IMG/VR virus record: IMGVR_UViG_3300025732_000018
Origin: a virus
Strand: one strand, 5' to 3'
Length of the DNA: 64,000 nucleotides
Each line of letters opens with the position of its first letter. The first letter of the stretch is position 1. The notes under the pieces are model-generated. The model ran no database searches, had not been told where the DNA came from, and saw only the letters and a list, made by a program, of their open reading frames with translations. Positions 17,737 through 26,789 of this stretch are shown here, piece after piece. The translations under genes and the position numbers were made by a program.

Positions 17737-18930
17737 ATGACAAAAGTAGTCACAGACGTCATAATTACACCACAACCAGATAAGGTTGTAACGGTACATG
17801 AGGACCTTGGGACGTTCGTCAACAAGGTCGATCTACTCCCTTATATAAAGTCGCGAGACATCAGATTCAAAGCCACAGGTCTAAAACCTACTACCAGAGT
17901 CTACGCGTTCTTTGGATCAAAGCCAGTCAGCGCGTGGGTAGCTCAAGATACAAAGACATTCGGTGACCCTCTGGTCACGGATGCTACTGGATCGATAAGC
18001 GGAACGTTCACCATCCCGCCTAAGACCTACACCGCTGACTCTATTGAGTTCATGCTTGTCGACGTCGACGATCTAACGACCGGAGCCAGCACGATCAGCA
18101 CGCGCGCAGTGGCAACGTATCATGGAAGTCGCTTAGCTGTCAGCTCCGAAAACATCACGCTTGACTTTAGCTTCTCAGTTCCCCAGATTCCTATCATCGA
18201 GGTTGTCTATGGGAACATCACGACTACTGGGACTGGCACACCGTCAACTGGAACAGGTACACCGTCTACGGGTACGCCGTCAACTGGAACTCCTTCTACA
18301 GGCACACCGTCAACTGGAACTCCAGCGACAGGAACTCCAGCGACAGGAACTCCAGCGACAGGAACTCAGACTCCGGAAGACACGTGCTTCACCGGTGATT
18401 CTCTCGTAACTATGGCTAACGGCTCTCTAAAGAGAATCGACGAGGTTAAGATCGGAGAGTTTGTCGCCACTCCTGAAGGAAACCCTGCTCAGGTCATCGG
18501 AATAGAGAACCCAATAGTCGGAGAACGTGGACTTTTAGGAATTAATGGCGGAAAAGCTTTTGCGACCGCAGACCACATATTCAAGTCGACAGGTAACGTC
18601 TGGATAGTTGGTGACGCAGGGCTGTCGCAAGATATATTTCCATCTTTCAACGAGATCATTGAGCAAGGTGGAGTAGTCAAGCAGATAGAGGTCGGAGACG
18701 TCATCGAGACCGATAACGGGCCTGTCACTGTCGTGAGCTTCAACATAGAAGGTCAGGGAAGCTACAGTGAGGTACCGGTGTACGATCTCATGCTGGACGA
18801 CGAGAGTGAGCATACCTACTTCGTCAACGGCTTCGTCGTGCATAACTGTACCCCATGGCAACCGCCGGACACGACTGGCGGAGGAGACGGTCTCGGCGGT
18901 GACGGCGTATCCAGCGGCCCTGAAGAATAA
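17737..18930 (+). CDS. VrlC-like middle part with TGTPS repeats and a Hint/mini-intein domain
   Basis: 'PYIKSRDIRFKATGLKPTTRVYAFF...LVTDATGSISGTFTIP' is a VrlC-like internal segment, followed by CFTGD...TADH...VYDL...VVHNC. Confidence 0.75.
   Translation: MTKVVTDVIITPQPDKVVTVHEDLGTFVNKVDLLPYIKSRDIRFKATGLKPTTRVYAFFGSKPVSAWVAQDTKTFGDPLVTDATGSISGTFTIPPKTYTADSIEFMLVDVDDLTTGASTISTRAVATYHGSRLAVSSENITLDFSFSVPQIPIIEVVYGNITTTGTGTPSTGTGTPSTGTPSTGTPSTGTPSTGTPATGTPATGTPATGTQTPEDTCFTGDSLVTMANGSLKRIDEVKIGEFVATPEGNPAQVIGIENPIVGERGLLGINGGKAFATADHIFKSTGNVWIVGDAGLSQDIFPSFNEIIEQGGVVKQIEVGDVIETDNGPVTVVSFNIEGQGSYSEVPVYDLMLDDESEHTYFVNGFVVHNCTPWQPPDTTGGGDGLGGDGVSSGPEE
18229..18367 (+). repeat. Tandem pentapeptide repeats TGTP(S/A), including 3 exact 15-bp copies
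   Basis: GGAACTCCAGCGACA occurs exactly at 18316-18330, 18331-18345 and 18346-18360, with degenerate copies upstream. Confidence 0.9.
18385..18846 (+). other. Mini-intein / Hint domain (154 aa, no endonuclease)
   Basis: Cys1 block A (CFTGDSLVTMANG), block B TxxH (ATADHIF), block F (VYDLML), block G (VVHN) followed by +1 Cys. Confidence 0.85.
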
Positions 18931-18948
18931 TAACTCTTAGGAAGAACA

Positions 18949-21477
18949 ATGAGACCAGTTGCACAGACTTTTACGATCAATGAGTCCGGAGTAGAAGGTG
19001 TCTATCTCTCGGCCGTGAACTTATACTTCGCTAAGAAGCACGACAACTTCGGGGTCACGATCCAGATAAGGTACACCGACAACGGTATGCCTGCCCCACA
19101 GATAGTTGAGTTCTCGCAGGTTCAGATGCCGTCCGCTTCGGTCAATGTATCAGCCGACGCATCGACCGCTACAAAGTTCTCCTTCGAGAGCCTAGTGTAT
19201 CTCAAGAACGGCACGTACGCTCTCGTCATCATTCCGGACGGCGGTAACGACCAGTACGAGGCGTGGGTCAGCAAGCTCTCTGAGATGGACATTACCACGC
19301 AGCTTCCCATCATCAAGAACAATGAGACCGGATCTTTCTACCTGTCAGGCAACGACGTGACGTGGACGCCCGTCATCGACGAGGACCTGAAGTTCGACCT
19401 TCTCAGGGCAAACTTTACAGCCGCGACTGGAACCACTACTTTTTCTAAGAGAGACATCGAGTACATCAAGGTCAAGACTACTCCGACCGGTCTGAGAAGA
19501 CTCTTTAACGACACTATGTTCTGCGGTATCGATGACTCCATATCTGTCATCGGTATCGGAACGGTGTCCGGCACGTTTGCAACCGGTGAGATAGTCTATC
19601 AGTACAGCGGCACTGAGATCATCGCTAAAGGAATAACTTACTCAGCTAACACCACCTTCCTTAAGCTTGAGAGCGTAGAGGGAACGTTCACCGACACCGG
19701 CGACTTGATGGGAGTCACATCTGGAGCTACGGCTCAGATAACTTCTCTTGCCCAGACTGTAGAGATAAACAGCGCAACTGCGGTAGTTACAGTCCCAGAC
19801 GCTTCGGTCTATGGAGTCGATGACTGGATCTATGTGGTAGACACGTCTACCAAGAAAGCTGAAGTGCACCTCGTACAGTCACGTGATACTTCTCTAAACA
19901 CTATCACGCTTAAAGACACTCCGAAGGGCGATGACACCGACGCCATCATTGGAAAGATTAAGGGTGGAACCGGTCTTGGATTTGTAACAGGCTCAGCCTC
20001 GGGTCTCCCGCTCAACGCTCAGTACTCAGGCTTGACGCGCGAGGCTCTTGGATACAACATAGTCGTTCTTAGTGGTTCTACTGCCAACTCAACAGTTAAC
20101 TTCGCCAACTCAGCCGGGCAGAGGCTCATTGGAAGGTTCTCAGGAATCAACACGAAGATCGACTCGACCGTTAACTTGTCATATGACTTGGCTCACTTCT
20201 TGTTCAACGACTTAATACCTAGATCGACTGACATAACGTACTCGTTCAGGGGATTTGAAGACGCTGCTGGATATGCAGAAGATGGAGACGCCATACCGTT
20301 TGAGAACGACTCGAACAAAGAGTTCAATGACATACCACGCGTCATCATGAGTAGAAGTAACGAGTTCACACAGCTTCCCGTCGGAAGAGAAGGTGACAGG
20401 TCTCTGTCTGTCTACGCTACGATGTCAACTATCGACTCTAGAATTTCTCCGGCTATCGATCTTAGGCCGTCGCGCGCGACGTTCGTTCATAACTTCATAG
20501 CCAAGAACTTCCAACTCAATGGAGTCTACCTAGTAGTAGAGCCGACAGCGGTAACTACAGCAGATCCTATACCAAGCAAGTACTTCAACAGGTTCAAGAA
20601 GGGTGCAGTTCTTCAGCAAGAGTCTAACACTAGCATCACTGGAATAGTCTACGAGGCGAACAATACCAATGTGACACTCATAAGCGGCACTAACATGCCT
20701 AACTTTACTGTAGGCGAGGTCATACAAAACTCTGCTAACACAGATCAAAGATCGACTATTTTAGCGGTCGAGACTTTCAACGAGATCTTAGGAAATGGCA
20801 TCACGTTCTTCTCTAGATACGTCAGCAAGAGAGTCAACCTTGCGGAAGGACTGGACTCAGAAGACCTTAAGGTCTATTTGACCGCTTACAGGCCAGTTGG
20901 TACCGAGTTTAGAGTTTACTGTAAGCTCCTTAACTCGGAGGACAACAAGGCTTTCAATACTAAGATCTGGACGCCGATGGTACCAGTAAGCTCTGCCGGC
21001 CTAAGGTCAGACCTTGTCGACAAAGAAGACTTCGTCGAGCTCGAGTACAGACTACCTCAGAGCATCACACTTCACACCGCAAACGTAGAAGCGAATGCTA
21101 CCTCTACTACTATCGTGTGCCCATCGACTGCCGAGATAGCTGTGGGAGACGAGGTGTACCTGTACGACTCTAACCTAGGACTGTTCAACGTTCGAAAGGT
21201 TTCGGCAATTAACAGCACCACCAGTCTCACTCTTGCTTACAAGCCAAGTGGCAACTTTGGCTACAGCAACACATCGATGGGAGTCATCGAGAACATCTCG
21301 TACAAGCAGTCTGCTTTCAGGTTCACTGAGACTGACGGTGTCGTTAGATACACCAACGAGAAAGATCGCGTGTTCGAGACGTTCAAGTCGTTTGCCATAA
21401 AGATCGTTCCGGTAAGTTCAAGCTCTCACATCGTTCCTAGACTGAGAGACATGAGAGCGCTGGCTCTTCAGCTATAA
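18949..21477 (+). CDS. VrlC-like virion protein, C-terminal part
   Basis: Starts 'RPVAQTF...GVYLSAVNLYFAKK' (cf. the DPLAQTF motif) and ends 'FKSFAIKIV...VPRLRDMRALAL'. Confidence 0.75.
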   Translation: MRPVAQTFTINESGVEGVYLSAVNLYFAKKHDNFGVTIQIRYTDNGMPAPQIVEFSQVQMPSASVNVSADASTATKFSFESLVYLKNGTYALVIIPDGGNDQYEAWVSKLSEMDITTQLPIIKNNETGSFYLSGNDVTWTPVIDEDLKFDLLRANFTAATGTTTFSKRDIEYIKVKTTPTGLRRLFNDTMFCGIDDSISVIGIGTVSGTFATGEIVYQYSGTEIIAKGITYSANTTFLKLESVEGTFTDTGDLMGVTSGATAQITSLAQTVEINSATAVVTVPDASVYGVDDWIYVVDTSTKKAEVHLVQSRDTSLNTITLKDTPKGDDTDAIIGKIKGGTGLGFVTGSASGLPLNAQYSGLTREALGYNIVVLSGSTANSTVNFANSAGQRLIGRFSGINTKIDSTVNLSYDLAHFLFNDLIPRSTDITYSFRGFEDAAGYAEDGDAIPFENDSNKEFNDIPRVIMSRSNEFTQLPVGREGDRSLSVYATMSTIDSRISPAIDLRPSRATFVHNFIAKNFQLNGVYLVVEPTAVTTADPIPSKYFNRFKKGAVLQQESNTSITGIVYEANNTNVTLISGTNMPNFTVGEVIQNSANTDQRSTILAVETFNEILGNGITFFSRYVSKRVNLAEGLDSEDLKVYLTAYRPVGTEFRVYCKLLNSEDNKAFNTKIWTPMVPVSSAGLRSDLVDKEDFVELEYRLPQSITLHTANVEANATSTTIVCPSTAEIAVGDEVYLYDSNLGLFNVRKVSAINSTTSLTLAYKPSGNFGYSNTSMGVIENISYKQSAFRFTETDGVVRYTNEKDRVFETFKSFAIKIVPVSSSSHIVPRLRDMRALALQL

Positions 21478-21704
21478 TGACAAAGAAACCAATCTATAGA
21501 GTTGAGGAAGACAAGAGGCTGGTCAGAGATACCGGCAACAGGTTCATACTCAACACCGACCTTGAAGGTCTTCGTGCTTACAAAGAGAAGAAGAACGAGA
21601 GAGCCAAGATAAATAATCTAGAGAAGAGAGTGGACGAGTTGTCGTCCGACATAAGAGACATCAAGGACATGATCTCCCTTATCGCTAAGAAGGTCGCAGA
21701 ATGA
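21477..21704 (+). CDS. Conserved small T4-like hypothetical protein (coiled-coil)
   Basis: 'LVRDTGNRFILNTD...YKEKK...INNLEKRVDELSSDIRDIKDMI'; start overlaps the upstream stop. Confidence 0.7.
   Translation: MTKKPIYRVEEDKRLVRDTGNRFILNTDLEGLRAYKEKKNERAKINNLEKRVDELSSDIRDIKDMISLIAKKVAE
21608..21615 (+). promoter_or_regulatory. Late promoter (GATAAATA)
   Basis: Late-box variant about 85 nt upstream of the S74 fibre gene. Confidence 0.45.
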
Positions 21705-22699
21705 TAACCGTATCACCGGTATCCAACAACCAGACGTGGGCTGTCCTGATCAACAGGCTGAACACACTAACCGAGCTGATGACGCAGAACGTCGTCACCG
21801 CGGACGCCACTACTACCGGGTCAATAACGGTAGGAAACACGCAGCTGGTTGGAACGTTCAGCGCCAACACCATAGCGGTCGACAAGGCTCTCAGGGGTGG
21901 AAACGTCGCCACGTCCAACACCCTTAACATCGTATCTAACACCGTCATCTCTCTCGACAACGTTCCAGCGCTCAGCCTCAAGAAGATAGCAGGATCGGTC
22001 CAGTACGTGTTCACCTCGAACACTATGGACATTGACGTGACGACGCTCAACATCAGCTCTTCTAACACTATCATCAGCGGCGCGAACACCAACGTAAACT
22101 CTTTCTTGACCGTCAACGGGGAGTCGGCTCTCAACGGCAACTCGACCATAGTAGGAAACGTCTCTATCACCGGAATAGTAGAGACGTTCGGAAGCTTCGT
22201 TCAGGACGGCGGGTTTACTCACACCGGCGGACAGTTTGACATCACCGGAAACACTACTATTGTCGGAAAGCTCAGCGTCAACTCAAACACCGACGTCGGA
22301 AACCTAACGGTCAACGGTAACCAGACAGTCAACGGAAACGGTGCTATCACCGGTAACTTGACGGTCACAGATACCATATTTGGCACCGTCGTATCTCCGT
22401 CCGACATGAGGGTAAAGACCGGAGTCGAGCCGCTGGAAGGCGCCCTCGAGATGGTGACTAGGATGAACGGAATCACCTACAGGTGGTACTTCGGAGAGGT
22501 CGAGTCTTCAGAGAGACACTACGGTCTCATCGCCCAAGACGTCGAGAAGGCAGCGCCTCTCGCGGTGACGATAGCAGAGGCCTACAACTATCCAGACTTC
22601 AAGCACGTCAACTACATTGAGCTCGTCCCGATACTCATCGAGGCGATTAAGGAGCTCAAGGAAAGAGTAGAAGAGTTAGAGAATGGCGCGAAAGCTTAA
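21701..22699 (+). CDS. Short fibre protein with C-terminal intramolecular chaperone (peptidase S74)
   Basis: Beta-rich repeats, then 'SDMRVKT...ALEMVTRMNGITYRW...GLIAQDVE...VNYIELVPILIEAIKEL'. Confidence 0.85.
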   Translation: MITVSPVSNNQTWAVLINRLNTLTELMTQNVVTADATTTGSITVGNTQLVGTFSANTIAVDKALRGGNVATSNTLNIVSNTVISLDNVPALSLKKIAGSVQYVFTSNTMDIDVTTLNISSSNTIISGANTNVNSFLTVNGESALNGNSTIVGNVSITGIVETFGSFVQDGGFTHTGGQFDITGNTTIVGKLSVNSNTDVGNLTVNGNQTVNGNGAITGNLTVTDTIFGTVVSPSDMRVKTGVEPLEGALEMVTRMNGITYRWYFGEVESSERHYGLIAQDVEKAAPLAVTIAEAYNYPDFKHVNYIELVPILIEAIKELKERVEELENGAKA

Positions 22700-23006
22700 T
22701 CTAACGATCGATCAGGGCACGACGTTCAACTATACTATATTCTTGAACGACGCCAACGGTGCGCCTCAGAACCTGTCAAGTTTTACCGGCAGGGCTCAAA
22801 TGAGGAAGCACTACGCATCTACCACGGGAAAGAGCTTCACTGTGTCTGTAGGCGTAAATGGTACCGTCACTATGTCGATGAACGCGGCGTCCACCTCAAA
22901 CACTTCTCCAGGTCGCTACGTGTACGACCTAGAGCTAGTGAACGGAAGCGTCGTGACTAGACTCGCTGAAGGGATAGTGACAGTCACGCCAGAGGTTACT
23001 AAGTAA
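22683..23006 (+). CDS. Conserved virion structural protein (fibre/baseplate adaptor-like)
   Basis: 'NLTIDQGTTF...AQMRKHY...GRYVYDLEL...RLAEGIVTVTPEVT', a pattern common in T4-like phages. Confidence 0.7.
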   Translation: MARKLNLTIDQGTTFNYTIFLNDANGAPQNLSSFTGRAQMRKHYASTTGKSFTVSVGVNGTVTMSMNAASTSNTSPGRYVYDLELVNGSVVTRLAEGIVTVTPEVTK

Positions 23007-23254
23007 TGACTACTAACTCGGCAACGTTCACAGTCTCAATAACTGGCGACGGTCAGATCCTAGACTCGACTACGTCCTATAGTCTTGCCACCGCTGGAGT
23101 CACTCCTACACCTGAGCCTATCAGGGGAAGGTTCGACCTGCTCGACGACGTCGTCGAGGCCGGTACCGCGAACACTGGAATGGTTCCTGTCTACAACAAG
23201 GACTCCGACCTCTACGAGATCAAAGACGTAGACCTCGACGGCGGCGAGTACTGA
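23006..23254 (+). CDS. Small fibre-associated hypothetical protein
   Basis: 82 aa, translationally coupled to the upstream gene, ends with the 'LDGGEY' fibre-type motif. Confidence 0.6.
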   Translation: MTTNSATFTVSITGDGQILDSTTSYSLATAGVTPTPEPIRGRFDLLDDVVEAGTANTGMVPVYNKDSDLYEIKDVDLDGGEY

Positions 23255-26200
23255 TCACTTTCTGATGAAGTGGTAGTCGCCGTCAGGCCCTTGGTTCGAG
23301 AACAGCTCCACGTACTTGAATCCGTTCTTCTCCAGCCAGTCTATAACCTCACCCCTGAGCGGCGCCCCTTTGTTGTACTCGACGTTTTGAAGCTCGAGCA
23401 CGAGGTGCTTCACCGTCTTAAGAGTCTTCTTCATTCCCCTCAGCACGTCTAGCTCGGCGCCCTGCACGTCCATCTTGACCATATCAGGAGCTGGAAAGTT
23501 CTTCTCCTTCACGACGCTGTCGACGGACCTGGTCAGCTTCTTGACTCGATGTGTCTCGTTGAAGAAGTTGACCGTGTTCGGGTTGATCTCCTCGTTCTCC
23601 TTGTAGTAGGAGTTGCCGCCGGGGTGCTCAACGTTCTCCCAGAAGTCGACTTCTTTCCCGTCCTTGTCACTCATGACTCCGTTGAAGTGCTTGTAGTTAC
23701 CCTCCTCGTAGAGGAACTTAGGAGCGTCCATCGCCTCGAACAGGACATACTCGGCGTCAGGCCACGCGAACCTCTTTGCCGACTTAGTCCAGTGAAGGAC
23801 GCAGGCTCCGATGTCGTAGATAACTTTTGGGTGAAAGTCGTACTGGTCTCGTATCTTAGTCAGGTACTCGCAGTGAGCCTGAGGTACCAACCACTGGTCA
23901 CCTAGGTCCCTCAGACGCTTCCTCACAGGATCCTCAAGCGTCGCTGCGGGCTTAAAGTTCTTGAGGACTGTCTGCGTCGTGTGCCCGACCCTGTAGACGT
24001 TCGTGCCGTGGTGGTCGCAGCGGATCGTAGTGTCGGCGTACATCTTGAACCCCTTCTCGCGAGCCTTGCGACAGAAGTCGACGTCCTCAGACACGGTGTT
24101 GCTGTGGTCTAGAGCCGAGTGGTAGACGAACCACGGGTAGCCGATTCCCTCGAACACCCTCTTCTTCACGAGCACGCAGCCGAAGCCACAGCCGTCGATC
24201 GACACCAGACCCTGACCGTCGATGTCCTCTAGTGGTACGTTGCTCATGCCGCCTCGATCGTTCATCCTGTACAGCTCGAGCGTGTGCTGGTTATGCTTCC
24301 TCTGTATGTAGAGTCCGGAAACCAGGTCGACGTCGTGGGCAAGCATCTTCTCTAAGGTGTCTGACGCGAACTCTACATCGTAGTCGACGGCGAACAGGTA
24401 GTCGTATCCGTTCACTACCCAGCTGGCTATCAGGTTTCTCACCTGGTCGATGTTGTATCCGTAGAAGTACTGGAAGTCTGCCCTGTAACCCTCCGGGATA
24501 GTCAGGTCGTAGATAGACTTGAACGTGGCCGGCTCGATGTTCTTAGCGGTCGGTATGGCGATGAGTATCTTCTTACTGTTCACTTTTTTTTTCTCCGGTG
24601 TCTCGAAGACCGTAGACACGGTCCGCTTCGAGAGAATCTTCTTGGCCGTCTTGTTCTGCTCCTCGCCGTTGACCTTGTAGTCGTTCAGCGGGCTGGCGTC
24701 ATTATAGTTATAGACTATCTCCTTGACGGCCTTCACACGGTCTGGGTCGGCGTTCTCTATCATGGCGTAGAACAGCGCGCCGTCGCCTCCAGCCCTGAAC
24801 CACTCGCCGCTCTCGTCCTTGAAGGCGTCGTCAGTAACGTGGTTGATGAGGGCGCGCCTGAAAGTCCTCAGGTGAGTGTACGGCATAATCCAGTTAAAGT
24901 GGTAGTTCCTGTAGTCCCTCCTAGCCTTTACTTCAGGCGGGTAGTCCTGAGCTATTAGAGGGATGTTGTCGACCATCGACCAGCAGCTGCCGTAGGTGAA
25001 CTCAGCGCCGTCCGGACCGTTGTACAGGTTGTTGTAGAAGTTGAGGACGTTGTTGTCGTTGACCAGACTGTCGTCGCCGTCTAGCAGCATGACTATGGAG
25101 TCGTCGTGAACGTACTTCCTGATCACCTCGACCTGATTGAACGGGGCGCCCCTGTTCTCCCTGCGGTTGATCACCATCACCTTCTGCATCCTGTCTGGAG
25201 GAAGCAACTGAAGCGTCTCGGCTATGACTCTCTCGCTGTCGTCAGTCGAGCAGTCGTTAACGACGAAGTGAGTGTAGTTCTCGTAGTCCTGGCATGCCAC
25301 CGACTCGATGCACCTTGCCACGTAGTCTTGAGCGTTGTATAAGGTGCTGATGACGGCTATGTGGTTAGTGACCGGAGAGCGGTACGTGTTCCACTCCTCT
25401 CGGTTGCTGAACCTGCGACCGAACACCCGGTGCACCTTGTCGTTGATGTACGACGCTCTACGGTAGTCATCCACCGACAGATACAGACCAAGCTTCCTGT
25501 ACAGGTGCTGCTTCCACTGGATGGCTACAGTATCCCATCCGTTAACGTCCTTGATGACAGAACAGTAGTTCATCTTTTGTTGGTGTAGATAAGTATTATA
25601 GTACGCTTCTACAACCTTGTCAACAAATTTGTTCACCTGCTCTTCCGAATTAATGTTCGGGAACAGACCGTTTGGCTCGATGGCGTAGTCTATGAGGTAG
25701 CAGGCCTGGTCGACTGCCGTCTCCTCCAGAGCACCGAAGCGAGTGGCCACCAGCGGAGTGTTGTAGGTGAGGGACTCGAGGCTAGAGATTCCGAACGTCT
25801 CTGGGAAGGCTCCCGGAAACAGAAACATCGAGGCCTCGCAGAGGATCTCGGCTATCTGTCTCTGAGTGATGACGCCGGTGAACTCGATGCCCTGCTTCTT
25901 GTAGCGCTTCTCCTCGATCAGCTTCCGCCAGGTCTCCTCCTGAGCGTCCGGAGGAGCGTCCGACCTGAACCTGTAGTACCCACCGATCACCTTCAGCCTG
26001 GCGTCCGGGATCCGCTCCTTGACCTTCGGCCACACTCTGTCTATCAGAGGGATCATGCCCTTGGTGACAGAGGCGTTGTAGACGAAGAGGTTCTTGTCTT
26101 TCTTACTGACGTCGACGTAGTCAAAGTACGGAACGACTCCGTTGCGGGTCATGAACATCTTGTTCTTCAGGACCTCGAAGTTGCGGCGCTTGCCGTGGTC

Positions 26201-26710
26201 CGAGTTTCCGATGTAGCTGGTGTGGAAGTCTGAGAGGGTGAAGAGCTCGTCGATGTAGCCGCTGACCACGAGCTCCTCGACGTTGAGGTCACCCTGACAG
26301 AAAGTGTCGTGCATCCAGAGCGCCTTGAACCTAGCGTTCTTTCTGATCTGCTCGAAGAGGGATGGCTCGAACCTGAACCCGGCGATGTGGCGGTAGGCCT
26401 CGTACATGTACTCCGGAACGAACGGTACGACTGTCCTCATAGATATGACCACGTCGAACGTGGTGTACTGAGTAACCTCCCGGACCGGACGGTAGGTGAC
26501 CCCATCGTACGTACCCGGCTTCGAGTCGTCATCCTCGCAGGAGTTAAAGACGGTCACGTCGAACCCGAGTCGAACGAGCTCCTTGGACATCAGAATCACC
26601 GCTGACTCTGACCCACCTAGGCCTCTCTTCTTAAGGGTATCTCCATCGTAGACGAGACCGATGGTATCGATTATAGCGACCGTAACTTTATCACTCATAT
26701 TGAAGCTCAC
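23255..26710 (-). CDS. Multidomain glycosyltransferase: GT4 (GT-B) + GT2 + second GT-A domain + FkbM-type methyltransferase
   Basis: 'GLGGSESAV...FPETFGISSLESL' (GT4); 'YNAQDYVARCIESV...VNDCSTD...LDGDD' (GT2); 'ILIAIPT...VDYD...GCGFGCVLVK...SEDVDFC' (GT-A); 'YDIGA...FEA...KMDVQGAELDVL' (FkbM). The ATG at 26698 may be the true start. Confidence 0.85.
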   Translation of the reverse strand: MSFNMSDKVTVAIIDTIGLVYDGDTLKKRGLGGSESAVILMSKELVRLGFDVTVFNSCEDDDSKPGTYDGVTYRPVREVTQYTTFDVVISMRTVVPFVPEYMYEAYRHIAGFRFEPSLFEQIRKNARFKALWMHDTFCQGDLNVEELVVSGYIDELFTLSDFHTSYIGNSDHGKRRNFEVLKNKMFMTRNGVVPYFDYVDVSKKDKNLFVYNASVTKGMIPLIDRVWPKVKERIPDARLKVIGGYYRFRSDAPPDAQEETWRKLIEEKRYKKQGIEFTGVITQRQIAEILCEASMFLFPGAFPETFGISSLESLTYNTPLVATRFGALEETAVDQACYLIDYAIEPNGLFPNINSEEQVNKFVDKVVEAYYNTYLHQQKMNYCSVIKDVNGWDTVAIQWKQHLYRKLGLYLSVDDYRRASYINDKVHRVFGRRFSNREEWNTYRSPVTNHIAVISTLYNAQDYVARCIESVACQDYENYTHFVVNDCSTDDSERVIAETLQLLPPDRMQKVMVINRRENRGAPFNQVEVIRKYVHDDSIVMLLDGDDSLVNDNNVLNFYNNLYNGPDGAEFTYGSCWSMVDNIPLIAQDYPPEVKARRDYRNYHFNWIMPYTHLRTFRRALINHVTDDAFKDESGEWFRAGGDGALFYAMIENADPDRVKAVKEIVYNYNDASPLNDYKVNGEEQNKTAKKILSKRTVSTVFETPEKKKVNSKKILIAIPTAKNIEPATFKSIYDLTIPEGYRADFQYFYGYNIDQVRNLIASWVVNGYDYLFAVDYDVEFASDTLEKMLAHDVDLVSGLYIQRKHNQHTLELYRMNDRGGMSNVPLEDIDGQGLVSIDGCGFGCVLVKKRVFEGIGYPWFVYHSALDHSNTVSEDVDFCRKAREKGFKMYADTTIRCDHHGTNVYRVGHTTQTVLKNFKPAATLEDPVRKRLRDLGDQWLVPQAHCEYLTKIRDQYDFHPKVIYDIGACVLHWTKSAKRFAWPDAEYVLFEAMDAPKFLYEEGNYKHFNGVMSDKDGKEVDFWENVEHPGGNSYYKENEEINPNTVNFFNETHRVKKLTRSVDSVVKEKNFPAPDMVKMDVQGAELDVLRGMKKTLKTVKHLVLELQNVEYNKGAPLRGEVIDWLEKNGFKYVELFSNQGPDGDYHFIRK

Positions 26711-26735
26711 CCTTCCATCTCAGTAACACACTGCT

Positions 26736-26760
26736 TATAAATACTCACGAGATATTTATC
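26736..26760. promoter_or_regulatory. Face-to-face bidirectional late promoter cassette
   Basis: TATAAATA (+, 26736-26743), 9-nt spacer, TATTTATC (GATAAATA on the minus strand, 26753-26760), between divergent genes. Confidence 0.75.
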
Positions 26761-26789
26761 CCAGCTCTATAGCACACTAGGGACGCCAG

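Noticed and set aside
18925-18951. Stop-codon read-through or recoding joining the same-frame ORFs 17737-18930 and 18949-21477
   Set aside because: There are two consecutive TAA codons and an AGGA SD before the ATG. TAA, TAG and TGA all terminate conserved genes in this window, so the standard code applies.
23255-26710. DNA-modifying (hmC) glucosyltransferase interpretation of the GTs
   Set aside because: The domain types (GT2, GT9-like, GT25-like, FkbM), late promoters and location among fibre genes fit surface or protein glycans better. Not formally excluded.
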